From NCBI RefSeq assembly GCF_006345805.1, contig NC_042998.1, positions 26,474,001 to 26,538,000 on the forward strand: a stretch of 64,000 bases of DNA. Reading direction: 5' to 3'. Numbering within the stretch: position 1 is the stretch's first letter; each line of letters starts with the position of its first letter. The notes beneath the pieces were generated by a model. It saw only the letters and a program-made list of their open reading frames with translations, ran no database searches and had not been told where the DNA came from. The translations under genes and the position numbers were made by a program. This document shows, piece by piece, positions 48,702 to 62,240 of this stretch. Origin of the DNA: Octopus sinensis. Its lineage: Eukaryota.

Positions 48702-48905
48702 TATCCATTTCTAGGTTTTTTATTTTTCAGATGTTCTTCCTAGAGGTAAGACAAATTTTTTCAAGTTTGTTGCACACACACACACACACACACACGTCTT
48801 TACTAGTATATACGCAGTGAAGCTATACAATAGCATCGTATTTATTACGATCGCTATTTTCCAGTAAATATCGGTACTTCGTTGTACCATTTACTTACTT
48901 TGATA

Positions 48906-49490
48906 TGACTAGAGACCGAGACCTATGGAAGTATGCTGTGCGTGAGAAGACCCGGCAAGACTAGTGAAGCCATAACTCGTGGCCCCTACCTGGGACGTAG
49001 TCAGTCCACCTGTGCATACTTTCCTTCTTGTGACACTTGTGAAGACCTGTTGAGGCAAGTGAAAATCAAATCAAATCAAATCAAATCAAATCAAACCAAA
49101 TCAAAATAGATGAACATCAATGGAATTTGTATCCTTGTGGTACCAGTGCCTGTGGCACATAAGAAAACCATCCGAATGTGACCGTAGCCAGTACCGCATC
49201 GACTGGCCTCTGTGCTGAGGGCACCGCCAGCCTCGTCTGGCACCTGTGTCGGTGGCACATAAAAAACACCATCCGAGTGTGGCCGTCTGCCAGCCTCGCC
49301 TGGCACCTGTGTCGGTGGCACATAAAATCACCCACTACACTCTCGGAGTGGTTGGCGTTAGGAAGGGCATCCAGCTGTAGAAACACTGCCAGATCTGACT
49401 GGCCTGGTGCAGCCTTCGGGATTGCCAGACCCCAGTTGAACCGTCCAACCCATGCTAGCATGGAAAGCGGACGTTAAACGATGATGATGA
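48906..49490 (+). mobile_element. 5'-truncated RTE LINE (last ORF2 codons plus 3'UTR)
   Basis: Near-identical to the reverse complement of 5192-5730 (TRDRDLWKYAVREKTRQD*). Confidence 0.92.
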
Positions 49491-49971
49491 TATATATATG
49501 TACGTATGTATGTAGTTCTGTGTCCGTGTTTGTCCCTCCACCATCACTTGACAGCTGATGTAATTACTAGGCTTACAAAGAATAAGTCCTGGGTTTGATT
49601 TGTTTGACTAAAGGCAGTGCTCTAGCATGGCTTCAGTCAAATGACTGAAACAAATAAAAGAGTAAAAGAAAAGCCAGTCAGAAAGACTAGCATTTTATGT
49701 ACTTATACTACTAAAGTTCATTTTAGAAATTACCATCCATAATGAATCAATCTTGCACAATGAAATAAAGTAGTTTGATGCAATATGATACCAGTTTTTA
49801 AACCCATGAGTAGGCAACTTCAACTAGCCTGTCATAAGTTATAATATTAGATGAATGGGTAACACCTCATTCACAGGAAATTTCTCCTGTGCACACTTTT
49901 GAAATTACATGCTGATAAAATCTCCAAAAGTTTTTATTTAAAAAAAAATGTTTTAGACTTTAAGACTACAA

Positions 49972-51575
49972 CTAGGAGTGGCTGTGTGGTAAGTAGCTTG
50001 CTTACGAACCACATGGTTCCGGGTTCAGTTCCACTGCGTGGCACCTTGGGCAAGTGTCTTTTACTATAGCCATGGGCCAACCAAAGCCTTGTGAGTGGAT
50101 TTGGTAGACGGAAACAGAAAGAAGCCTGTTGTATATATGTATATATATGTATGTGTTTGTGTGTCTGTCTGTACCCACAACATCGCTTGACAACCGATGC
50201 TGGTGTGTTTATGTCCCTGTAACTTAGTGGTTTGGCAAAAGAGACTGATAGAATAAAGTACTAGGCTTACAAAGAATAAGTCCTGGGGTCGATTTGCTTG
50301 ACTAAAGGTGGTGCTCCAGCCTGGCCACAGTCAAATGACTGAAACAAGGAAAAAGTAGCTATAATTTGATACGAATTACTTATGAATTTGTAAAATTACA
50401 TACTCATTACTGGCGACTGTCAGACATTTTCACTGGAAGCATTTATTATTCAGTATGTAGACAACAAGAAATTATTCTCTTTCCTCTTCACTCCTGAATT
50501 ACTAAAATTCTATGAAGAAAAGAAAAAGAAAACCCATTCCATGAATTTTCTCTAGGGTTATTATTATTTCTATCTTTAATGAAATGCTTCACTTCATAAA
50601 ATAGTTAAGTCCCTGGTTATATCATGCTGATGATTTTAAAAAGAATGAAATAGTGTTATACAAGACTACCTCTGACTAGAAATTTGAAGGATCTAGTCAG
50701 GTGTGGCTGTGTGGTAAGAAGTTTGTTTCCCAATCACACAGATCCAGGTTCAGTCTCACTGTGTGGTACCTTGGGCAAGTCTTTTTTACTACAGCTTCGA
50801 GCTGACCATAGCCTTGTGAGTGGATCTGATAAATAGAAACTACAAGAAGCCCATGTGTGTGTGTGTGAGTATCTTTGTGTCAGTGTCTGTCCGCCACTAC
50901 TGCTTAACAACCGGTGTTGGTCTGTTTGCATCCATGTAACTCAGCAGTTTGGCAAAATAGATCAACAGAATAAGTACTAGGCTTGAAAAAAAAAGTACTG
51001 GGATCAAGTCTTTCAACTAAAATTCTTTGAGACAGTACCCCAGCATGGCCACAGTCTAATGATTGAAACAAGTAAAAGATAAAAAATAAGCAGGCGTGGC
51101 TGTGTGGTAAGAAGCTTGCTTCCCAACCACATGGTTCTGGGTTCTGTTTCACTGCATGGCACCTTGGGCAACTGTCTTCTACAATAACCTCAAGCCGATC
51201 AAAGCCTTGTGAGTGGATTTGGTAGATGGAAAATGAAAGAAGCTCATTGTTTATCTATCTATTTATATATATATATATCTATTTGTGTGTCTGTTTGTTC
51301 CCCCCCCCAAATATATATACACACACACATACATTATATATATATATATATATATACACGTGTGTGTGTGTGTGTCAGTGTTTGTTTCCCCACCGTTGCT
51401 TGACAACCAGTGTTGGTGTGTTTACGTCCCTGTAACTTAGTGCTTCAGCAAAAGAGACTGATATAATAAGTACTAGACTTACAAAGACTAAGTCCTGAGG
51501 TTGATTCATTCAACTAAAGGCAGTGCTCCAGCATGGTTGCAGTCAAGTGACTGAAACAAGTAAAAGATGAAAAAT
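49972..51575 (+). mobile_element. Three SINE family A copies (49972-50355, 50698-51078, 51090-51575)
   Basis: Consensus heads and tails. Confidence 0.88.
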
Positions 51576-51796
51576 AAGTAAGCAAAAAAATTAATTAAAT
51601 TCTATGCATCTTTTATCTTCATCATCATCATTGTTTAACATCTGTTTTCCATGCTGGCATGGGTTGGACTGTTTGACTGAATTCTGGATAGCCACTGTTT
51701 ATAATTTCTTAATTTCAAATATTCTAAATTGTGAAAGGTCAAATCTGGCAAATTGAACATAAAACCAGTAGAATATGCAGGTCTGATGTGGCCAGT

Positions 51797-52012
51797 TTAA
51801 CCCTTTAGTGTTCAGATTATTCTATCAAACATAATGCCTATTGATTCCCATTGATTTGAATTAATCATGCATTATCTCATATCTTCAAGAGCTTGATGGT
51901 GTAATTACTTAATATAGAACAACATTGTAGGGTAGGTGTGAGAGCATGGATCTGGTCAGTTTGAACATAAAACAGATTAACTATTTGGCCAGTTTAAATA
52001 CTAAAGGGTTAA
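51797..52012. mobile_element. piggyBac-type MITE, second family
   Basis: TTAA-CCCTTTAGT ... ACTAAAGGG-TTAA; partial relative at about 20130-20215. Confidence 0.85.
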
Positions 52013-53714
52013 ATGCTGAAGTGTTAAACATTTGAGTCCTCCCCAACCCTTTCACCAGGCAAAGCAATGAACTGGAACCCGTCGGTGCATCACCACAGCA
52101 ACCATAGATTAGAATTCAGTTCCTGGACCTCTGAGAATCTCCCAGGCAATTATCCAGTGTTTCCACTCTTGAAGATAGTACAGTTCCCGATACTAACCAT
52201 CTGGAGAAGTGCTGTCTACTCTTGAATTCAGTTTGTTGGAATCAATAAATTTTGAGGAAGAGTTTCAACTTTTAAAATTGATATCTAATTCAATAACTTT
52301 TGTACAACTTTTTTAATTTGACCAATTTTGAAAAACATTTAAACCTACAGTATTTATTTCATTGTATTATACATTATAAAAATACAGACAAGCTTGATAA
52401 TAAAAAGCTAAAAATAATTGTGATTTAGAAAGATTTCATCAAACTCTAAATAACTTGACAGAGAATTAAGTTTGGAGATATATTGATTTCAAACAAGATC
52501 ATTCTTCACGTTTTCTGTCTGATGCACTCAAAATAAATTTCTTTATTCGGAAATTGTATTTCTATAACAAACTTGTTTCCATAACAACAGGAAAATAAAA
52601 CATAAAACAAAAACAAAAACAAGTAACAAAGACAAATATAGAAGAAATTCATATAGCAAATAATAATGATAAGTATAACAATATTGGTGACAAAGCAATT
52701 GATGAAAAAATAATAATAATAATAATAATGGTGGCAATGTGCTGCTGATGAGGAGGTGGATGTTGTGATGATTGAAGATAAACAACTCTTACTGCTGTCA
52801 CGACAACAACAACATCATAATTGCTATTATATGAAAACAGAGAAAAAAATTAATGAACATGAAGTACAAAATATTGAGAAAAGGGTGATATATGAAACAT
52901 TAGATTTATGCTAATAGTAGATGAATATTGCTGAGAACTATACATCATGATTGTAATCAGAGGAGAATCAATAACAGCCAAGTAATTACAGCAAGGATTG
53001 TGAAGAACATTTCCTGCTATCTTTTGGGCTGATAATTTGATAAACCAAATTAGCTAAAATTCTTGCAAACACACAAACAGTGAAAGTACAATACAAAAGG
53101 AGGGAAAAAGAGAAAAAAAAAATATTTTAAAAATGTCTACCTTTAATTTGTAGAATAGTTTTATGTTTGCTGGTGAAACATTGACTGAAAATGTAAGTGA
53201 AAGTATATTAGAAATCTAATAATTCTTTTGTAACGATAGAGGATAATGGAATGATAGAATGATAGAGAATAAAGTAGCAAGCTGAAAGATTAAATATTCT
53301 GAAAGAGAATATTTTATATTTCAGTAAAATGAATTTCATGAGTGAGGTATAAATTCATCCAGGCAATGATGAGATTGTTTACAGTAAATAGCAAAGGCTT
53401 AGACTGTGGAGAAACAATTTTTGTATAGAATTAATCATACAGAAAAAAAAAATAAAAAATAAAGGAGAGAGAGAGATACTGCATGGGTCAAAAGATATTG
53501 CTAAACATGTTCTCAAAATGTTTTCCAAATGGCAGCGGCTCAGCATAACCACAGTCTACTGGAACTAGTAAAAGAGAAAACGCATATGCTTACCTTAGAT
53601 GCCTACATATAAGACATCTAGGTTTATAAAAAGATATTGGTAGTTACAAAGGCACTGGTGAGCTGAATGCTAACCATCACCTATACTAATGATTTTCTGT
53701 ATACCACAGAATTT

Positions 53715-54430
53715 AAATTTCGAAAGGGTAAAGACCCTGTTTGGTCATGTATGACCATGGGATTGCACCTAGAAAGTTCCCTTCCGAGGCATAAGGCCAG
53801 GCAAAATTGTTTATGGAAGACCAGCAGTTGCTCATGCATACCAGCCTCTACTCTCTCCATGCCACCGATGTTGTCCAAGAGAAAGGCAAAAGCCAATACA
53901 GCTTGGCACCAGGGACATCACATCTTATTTCTACAGCTGAGTGAACTGGAGCAATGTGAAATAAAGTGGCTTGCTCAAGAACACAACATACAGCCCATCC
54001 AGGAATCGAACTTACTACCTCATGATTGTGAGCCCAATGCTCTAATCACTGAGCCATACACCTTCACATTTAATGTCTGCAATTAAAAAAATAATATGAC
54101 TTGCTGTGTTCTTGGCAGGTGAATTTAATATCAGCCAGTCATATATGCCAGTATATATGATTGTTTGACTAGCCTAGTGTTTAGGGTGTTATGCTCGTGA
54201 TCAAGAGATCATGGTTTCAATTCCTGGATTGAGTGCTGCATTGTGTTCTTGAGCAAAACATTTCATCTCACATTGCATTGCTATCTCTTTGACACCTGAC
54301 ATATGGTACACTGTGCACCTGTTCAGGTAACATCAATTTGATGGAAGGAGTGAGCTAATGTTCAGCACAATCATTTTGATCCCTATAAGAGAATCGTTTG
54401 TGCAGGTTGTTCAACAAGGCATTGCAGAAC
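53715..54430. mobile_element. Two family-D-related SINEs in divergent orientation
   Basis: Minus copy about 53715-54065 and plus copy about 54170-54430 share the TCTTGAGCAA block. Confidence 0.7.
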
Positions 54431-54599
54431 CATCTTTCTTGGACTACAAGGGACCACTATCAACATGATGACTTACCCCTCATCAGAAAAAAAATATATA
54501 TATGTTGAATATTTTGTTCCATCCCGAAAGTCAGCATCAATATGATGCTATCATTAAGTGTATGGTACCCTGGGTGAATATTAGCAAGTCAGAAATGAT

Positions 54600-54915
54600 C
54601 TAAATGGCACATAAAAAGAACCATTCGGGCATGGTCGTTGCCAGTACCACCTGACTGGCTCCTGTGCTGGTGGCATGTAAAAAGCACCATTCAAGCGTGG
54701 TCGATGCCAGTGCTGCCTAACTGGCCCCTGTGCCGGTGGCACATAAAAAGCACCCATTACATTCTCGGAGTGGTTAGCGTTAGGAAGGACATCCAGCTGT
54801 AGAAACCTTGCCAGACCAGAAGTGGAGCCTGGTGCAGCCTCCTGGCTTGCCAATACTCAGTCAAACTGTCCAACACATGCCAGCATGGGAAGCGGACATT
54901 AAACAATGATGATGA
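54600..54915 (+). mobile_element. RTE 3'UTR-derived element
   Basis: Tandem GGTGGCA(C/T)(A/G)TAAAAAGCACC units, GGAAGGACATCCAGCTGTAGAAA, (GAT)n tail. Confidence 0.85.
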
Positions 54916-55695
54916 TGAAGATTGAGGAAGAGACACTTAACATTGGGGAAATCTTATATAACAATTTACTATGATCCCTTCTTTCCTCATTTAGTTTCAC
55001 TGATAGTATTATCTTAGCTAGTAAGGTCTTTATGGACTAACTAGATAAATGATTTATTTATAATTACCCATTCAAGTATAATTTAAGCACTGAGCCAACA
55101 AAGAGCCTCTCTATGGCTGCTCAACTGGCTAGAAATAGTAGCCAAATCTCCCTAAAATTGTTGGAAAGAAAGAAACTTGGTAGATATATAATAGAAATTC
55201 TTAAAAAGATTGTGTGGTCACAGCTGGAATGTCTTTGAAGATAGATCTAAGATCAATTATAACTGGGTTAGGCTCAGCCATGACAACAACAACAACAAAT
55301 TACCTTTTGTTTTTTGCCTTTTCTACTTTGACTACAATGACTTCTGCTCAATACACCCCCACCCACCCTACTCGCTTCTCTTAAATACACTCAGTGCATC
55401 TAATTCTTCTCCATTTGTCATGTTTACTGTAACCTTTTCAATACTTTCTAAACCTTACACTCATTGTCCCTCTTCATACCAGTATCCCCACCTATAAATC
55501 AATCCCTTTCTCTTCTCTCAACATTTTCCCTTCAATCAACACCAATTTAATCAAAGCAGTAATCACAATAACTTTCCCTAATTGCCCCCATTTTCCAGTC
55601 CCAGAGGGCATAAAATAGCCATGGTTATTGCCCTTCCCTTTAGAATAACATATTTAAAAATCTACAACCAGCAATTGCCATACTATAACACAAAT

Positions 55696-56157
55696 TTAAC
55701 CCTTTCAATACCAACCCGGCTCTGGCTCTATAGTACAAATGTCTTGTTTTCATAAGTTCTGAATTAAACTCTTCCACCAAACCTTAGTCACAATTTATGT
55801 TCCTAAACACTAGCTGAATGATAACTTAGTTATTTTACTAAATTCTTTGTTATATTTAAAGTAATTGAAAGAAACACACAGCATCTCAAAAGAAATATGG
55901 TAACAAAAGGGTTAACAAATTATTAATTTAACCCTTTCGTTACCAACCCGGCTGAAACCACCTCTGGCTCTGTAGTACAAATGTCTTGTTTAAATAAGTT
56001 TTGAATTAAATTCTTCCACCAAACCTTAGTCACAATTTATGTTCCTAACACTAGCTGAATGATAACTAAGTTATTTTACTAAATTCTTTGTTATATTTAA
56101 AATTAATTGAAAGAAAAACAGAGCATCTCAACAGAAATATGGTAACAAAAGGGTTAA
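55696..56157 (+). mobile_element. piggyBac-type MITE dimer with the conserved linker
   Basis: TTAACCCTTT..AAAGGGTTAACAAATTATTAATTTAACCCTTT..AAAGGGTTAA. Confidence 0.9.
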
Positions 56158-56844
56158 GAAAATATAATTGAAAGTAGTTTACCTCACAGTCGAGTATGTT
56201 GTATCAACATTCACTTTTTCATGTTTGCATGGGTCAGACAAAACTTACTGAGGAAGTCAGCTACAGCTGGATGTTCTTCCACTCACTAACCCTGGCCTGT
56301 TTCTAGATAACGAAATATTTTCCCTCGTCCTTTGAACAATGAACAGCTCAATGGCTGGACATGTTTTTACAGCAGATTGTAAACTATGACAATGTTTACA
56401 TTAATGGTAACCTTGTTTTTATTTCGCATGCAAACAATGAACAACTTTAAGACTGATGACTTCGGTTTTCTTTTTCTTTCAAAGTCTATATCACTTTGCC
56501 TGTGAGGATCAACATTATTCTTTCTTAACAAATCTTCTGGCTCTCCCAAAAGCAATCAATACATGATACTTTTTTACCCAACAGATGTTATCTAATTAAA
56601 TCATATCCATAAAGTATATCTCCTGCATCTCATATGCTACACCTTACATGCAATTTAACACTATACATCCGACAATTTTCCTTTGATCCTGCTACATGTC
56701 TCGTCCCTGTTATTCGTTTTGAGCACATAGCATAGAATTCCTATTAACTTCCTTCTGATGGATCAGGCATAATAATTTCCCTCCAAAATACTCATATTTT
56801 AAACTTGCAGACATTTATTCTTATTGATATAAAATTACTGCTCA

Positions 56845-57218
56845 AGGTGTAAGAGTGGCTGTGTGGTAAGTAGCTTGCTTACGAACCGCATGGCACCTTG
56901 GGCAAGTGTTTTCTGCTATAGCCTCAGGCCAACCAAAGCCTTGTGAGTGGATTTGATAGACGGAAACTGAAATAATCCCATCGTATATATGTATATATAT
57001 GTACATATATGTGTATATGTTTGTGTGTCTGTGTCCCTACCAGCATCGCTTGATAACCGATGCTGGTGTGTTTACGCCCTCGTAACTTAGTGGTTCAGCA
57101 AAAGAGACCGATAGAATAAGTACTCGCTTACAAAGAATAAGTCCTGGGGTCGATTTGCTCGACTAAAGGCGGTGCTCCAGCATGGCCACCGTTAAATGAC
57201 TGAAACAAGTAAAAGAGT
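56845..57218 (+). mobile_element. SINE family A (deletion in head)
   Basis: Consensus match. Confidence 0.88.
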
Positions 57219-57324
57219 ATTTGAGAAATCTTTGACAATCAAGTCAGCAGCACACAATGATTTCAGAGACCTCCACTCCTGAACACCTCTGTCCGTATGT
57301 CTTAAGGATTTATAATGAAAGAAG

Positions 57325-57890
57325 GCACATGGCTCAGTGGTTAGGGTATTCAGCTCACTGTTGTAAAGTCATGAGTTCAATACCCAGTGGTGCATAACTT
57401 CCTTGAGCTAGACACTTTATTGCACATTTATTTCACTCCACTCAGCTAGCAAAAGTGAGTTATACCTGTAGCTCAAAGGGCCGGCCTTGTCATATTCTGT
57501 GTCATGCTGGATCTCTCTGAGAACTACATTAACAGTATGTATATCTGTAGAGTGCTTGGCCTCTTGTAGGTTAATTTTACATGCAGGCTGTTCCGTTGAT
57601 TCAATCAACTGGAACAATCATCGTTGCAACAGTTGGATTGCCAGTCATAAAGAAATATAATGAAGTAAGGTATATAATCCTTTCTAGTATAGGCACAAGG
57701 CCTGAAATTTGGTGGGAGAGGACCAATCGCTTAAATCGATCCCAGTACGCAACTGGTACTTAATTTATCGACTCCGTAAGGATGAAAGGCAAAGTTGACC
57801 TCGGCGGAATTTGAACTCAGAACGTAAAGACAGACGAAATACTGCTAAGCATTTTGTCCAGCGTGCTAACGATTCTGCCAGCTCGCCGCT
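57325..57890. mobile_element. SINE family D (+, 57325-57640) followed by SINE family B (-, about 57720-57890)
   Basis: Consensus matches. Confidence 0.85.
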
Positions 57891-57899
57891 GTAAGGAAT

Positions 57900-58250
57900 A
57901 TAATGAAGAGATGTCTAATTAAGTGAGCACCAACCTGTGCACTAAATTTCTCACTGGATCTCATGCAAATTCTTATTTTGCTCCCAACAATTCTTCTCTC
58001 TTCACAACCACCAAAGTAAAGAGTGTAGGATCTTGTCCAAAGCCTTTCTACATGTTTCCAAATGTACAACAGCTTTTTCTACTCTTCTCCTCAGGAAACC
58101 ATCTGCTCGCGATACCAGAGGGCACACACTCTCTTACCCTGATGTAATCTCCAGGGATACAGGCATCCAGTAACAGGACCTCCGTAATGCTATGATGGAC
58201 TGTGAGGTCTGGTGTGGCACGGTAAATTCCATTGTCTCGATCACGGTCGA
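57900..58250 (-). pseudogene. Possible very degenerate REL-endonuclease fragment
   Basis: TPDLTV..EVLLLDACIPGD and VERLW resemble the RPD..D..VPGD / EIERLW pattern; weak. Confidence 0.3.
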
Positions 58251-59225
58251 ACAATGATGATTGATGACAGTTTTTTTTTTGTTCTCAGCATAGAACTTAA
58301 AAAAAAACACTACTCTCATTAATCATATTTAATATATACTGAGAGAGAAAGTAATATGACTAAGATCATAAAGAACTAGAATAAAATATATTCCAAGTGT
58401 TTTAACCTGGTTTTAGTTACTCAAGACCTGTTTACTTTTCTTGCTACTTAAGTTGAGAAAATAAGCAATGTTGCATTTGTGAACTGGTTTCATTTCTAAC
58501 TGCAGCCAATTCATTTTTTTAGGGAATGACAGTCATAACTTCTTCAATCTCCACCAAAAATGCCAGGCTTTGTGTACAGAACACATTATTTATGACATTT
58601 TCTATAGCACAGTTATCACGACTTCCTCTTAATAACTATGCTACTAAAAATGTTTGAACATGCCTAATATAAAAAGACATCCTTGTTAATGTCATTCACT
58701 CAATCATAAACTTTAAATAAATGTTTTACTTTATAAATAAACTAAAATGTGTAAACTACTTCAATGGATTCCTTTCAATAAGGCATGAACCAATGATATA
58801 TATGTGTACCGGGTATCTGATATTTCCTTATTTCATTCTCATATAAGTTTTGAAAGAAGAGTTGTCACCGAATTTCTGATATCACTAGGATTAAGAAAGC
58901 ATAATTACAATAATTAACATAACACTGCAATTTATATTGATTTAAATATCTAAATTAAATCATTAAAGGTTAATATTTTGAAACATGATTTGTAAGAAAA
59001 ATTTTATATAACTTCAAGATAAATCTGAAATTTATTACTTAAACCCCACTGAAATAGATTTGGAAAGGATTTTAATAACATATCAACAAGCATAATAATG
59101 ATTTAAAGAAACCTTATTAAATGTTCATAAAAGGAGAAACGTGGTTAATTAGGAAGTTAAACGCATTCTACAGTGGATTGTTAGAAAAATGCTAAAAGGA
59201 CAATTAACTGCTGTGTTAATATACC

Positions 59226-59644
59226 TATTTCTTTACTACCCACAAGAGGTTAAACATAGAGAGGATAAACAAGGACAGACAAATGGATTAAGTCGATTAC
59301 ATAGACCCCAGTGTGTAACTGGTACTTAATTTATCGACCATGAAAGGATGAAAGGCAAAGTTGACCTCGGAGGAATTTGAACTCAGAACGTAGCGGTAGA
59401 CAAAATACCTCTTTTTACTTCTTTACTACCCACAAGGGGCTAAACACAGAGAGGACAAAGAAGGACAGACAAATGGATTGTCGATTACTTCGACCCCAGT
59501 GCGTAACTGGTACTTAATTTATCGACTCCGAAAGGATGAAAGGCAAAGTTGACCTCGGCGGAATTTGAACTCAGAATGTAATGGCAGACGAAATACCAGT
59601 AAGCACTTTGCCCGGCATTCTAACATTTCTGCCAGCTCGCCGCC
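59226..59644 (-). mobile_element. Tandem/nested pair of SINE family B with 12-bp TSD
   Basis: TSD TGTTAATATACC at 59214-59225 and 59646-59657; junction at the internal GGTATTT site near 59405. Confidence 0.88.
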
Positions 59645-60829
59645 TTGTTAATATACCATTTTGATTGTTCCGATTCTAAATTTACTATTAAGTTGTATAT
59701 TATCTATGTAGAGTTCAAAGATTCGCATTGAGTATGCTAACACTCACTTAACTATTATATGATAGCATTCATAATTAAACTTAAATTAACATATAATTTA
59801 TGGTTTTGATCAGTTATTTTGTCTATCATCTTATATTGATCACTAGTTTAACTACACGGTTTTGTACAAAGCTAATCATTATAGCTTATGAAGATAGTCT
59901 CGTATTGGTGGTACATAATGCCAACATAGAAACATTTATAGCTGATTAGTTGTGTAAAATATAGTTTTATGACATTCAAAGTAAGAAGCATAACAAGTAA
60001 AACCGTTTGCAATATTATAGTTAGAGAAAGTTATAACTTCCAGCTATTATTCAATAATTGTTTAATAATTAGATCACATTCAAGCTTAAAGCTCTTATAC
60101 TCTGAAATTCTTTATAATTTTAGTAGCAGCAACTAATTTTCAACAAGTAAATTAACAATCTCATGTCGGATTAAATAGTTTAACGATCGCAAATACAAGA
60201 GCATTAAACAGGTAATGAGGCGACTTTTTCACCAGTTTAACATCTTCAAACTTATCACAACACATCAAATATATTAAATTTACTCAGTTCCACGCTAGAA
60301 GTTTCTTTGGTTGAAAACAACATAAAATAGAAATAAAAAAATAAAAAGAAACACTTTGAGTAATTAGGTGATTTTGTTTTTCTTTTTGCGAAATATTTAT
60401 TACTTGCAGCAGTATTTTGCTAGTATTTATTTTGTCAACCGTACGATGATGATAAATATCCAATACTGATGGAAATTAAGTCAAGATTCATGAATAGAAC
60501 CAACTAAAATATCATTTCGTCTCTGATAATAACGAGCTTCATAATCGTTATAAATCCTTGGTATTACAAACATTGCATGTATTTATTGTATAACGAAGGT
60601 CATCTCAATATGCCTGAAAGTTGCATTACAGAATCACCGATATTGCACTGATCATTGGCATCACTTTTCTCTGTTTACTCTTCAGCATGCACACACATAC
60701 ACACACACACACAATGCTAATGCATCACTTTTACGTGTGCTCTACCTGACTCTGCTATTTTTTGTATGATGTGCATTTTGGATAATCCTGATGCCATATT
60801 TTTATTCACGTATTTATTTATTTATATTT

Positions 60830-61000
60830 TTATTAGCCTGAGTGCATCAATGACTGCTTTTGGGATTGTTTGCCTTTTCAATCTCCATATTGTGGTTATT
60901 TCTATTTCTAAATCTTTATCTTTGTAATTTGCCATTTTCTTCAGCTCTTTCGTGAAGATGTTTCCATCCAGAGAGATAGAAAATAATTTCAATATTTCCT
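60830..61000 (-). pseudogene. Dong/R4-clade REL fragment
   Basis: ISLDGNIFTKELKKMANYKDKDLEIEITTIWRLKRQTIP..IDALRLIK. Confidence 0.65.
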
Positions 61001-61204
61001 CTTTTTTTTTTTTCAGTGTTTTTTTTTTCATATTTTTCTTTATCTTTCAATATCCGCCATCTTTTACAGAACCTCTAAGAAAGGTGGGAGAAAAGAATGT
61101 CCCCACCAAATAGGGGATCTAACCTGAGTGCTGAAATGCTACTGGCTCTCCATCAGTAATGATGATGAGGGTTCCAAGTTGGTCCAATCAATGCAACAGC
61201 CTTT

Positions 61205-61440
61205 ATTTTTTATCTTGTATCTTTTACTTGTTTCAGTCATTTGACTGTGGCCATGCTAGGGCACCATCTTGGTGGGTTTTAGTTGAACAAATCAACCCCA
61301 GGATTATTATATTTTTTAAAGCTTGGTACTTATTGTATCAGTCTCCTTTGCTGAACTACTAAGTTACAAGGATGTAAACACACCAACACCAGTTGTCAAG
61401 TGGTGTTGGGAATAAAAACATAGACACAAAGAAACACACA
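61205..61440 (-). mobile_element. SINE family A 3' half
   Basis: Reverse-complement consensus tail. Confidence 0.85.
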
Positions 61441-61460
61441 CACACATGATGGACTTCTTA

Positions 61461-61608
61461 CAAAACCAGCATCCAAAGAATAGTTTCAGAGTCCTTGCTC
61501 ATCATCAGTCTGGAGTAGCATGGCTTGCTACCTATCAATGCCTATCCACCTTTGAAAACATATATGATGAGCAATGACTCTGAAACTAGTCTCTGGATGC
61601 TGGTTTTG
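61461..61608. ncRNA. Inverted pair of hammerhead ribozyme family 3 motifs (minus 61472-61514; plus partial 61564-61597)
   Basis: 45-bp arms with 3 mismatches; consensus TCCAGA-CTGATGA-TGAG..CTCT-GAAAC-TA-GTC-TCTGGA. Confidence 0.7.
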
Positions 61609-62044
61609 CTGGGTGGAGGTGCTTGTCTCTATTTTGAAAACACAAGGACACAGGAAATGTGTCAAGTCCAACAGGAAACGGTGTTTCCTAGGGCTAAATA
61701 ACAGTAGCATTCTTCCCTTTCATGGGACTGTCACATTAAGTTGACAACATGCTATCACTTTATCATGCTGCTACTGCATAAATCTCTCTGAGAGATTTAG
61801 AAATATATTATTTCTATTTTCACAAATGACATACTTTTGATTTTCTTCTCTCCTTTGTCTCTGTGTTGATGTTTTGTTTAAAACTTCATGTGCTCCTCTC
61901 AGAAATGAAAAGGGATCAAGAGTTGTGGTAATTTGCTGTACTTGAGAAGATACATCAAGCCAAGTAGAATTGCTGCCGTCCATACACACAGGTTTGTCTT
62001 TTACAAGTGCCAGTGTCATAGAAGATGCACTTATGCTGGTACTG

Positions 62045-62240
62045 CATAAACGCATCCGTACTGGTAGCATGTATGAAGCACCCAGCACACTCTGTTTAGT
62101 GGTTGGCATTAGGAAGGGCATCCAGCCATAGAAACCATGCCGCAAGAGACAATTGGAGCCTGGCCAGCTCCTGTCAAACTGGCCAACCCATGCCAGCATG
62201 GAAAATGGATGTTAAGCAATGATGATGATAACGATGATGG
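62045..62240 (+). mobile_element. RTE-tail element variant
   Basis: GGCATTAGGAAGGGCATCCAGCC, CCATGCCAGCATGG, (GAT)n tail. Confidence 0.8.

Noticed and set aside
53594-53617. Candidate 24-nt minus-strand microexon (CTAG/.../GTAAGC, one open frame CLICRHL)
   Set aside because: Splice-like motifs are common in AT-rich DNA; no neighbouring exons or homology to support it.
54430-54490. Minus-strand CTGATGA-GGGG..CCC..TAGTC
   Set aside because: No GAAAC and poor stem I; cannot be supported as a hammerhead.
56367-56555. ORF MLLGEPEDLLRKNN...
   Set aside because: No recognisable domain or convincing splice sites; adjacent to repeat remnants.
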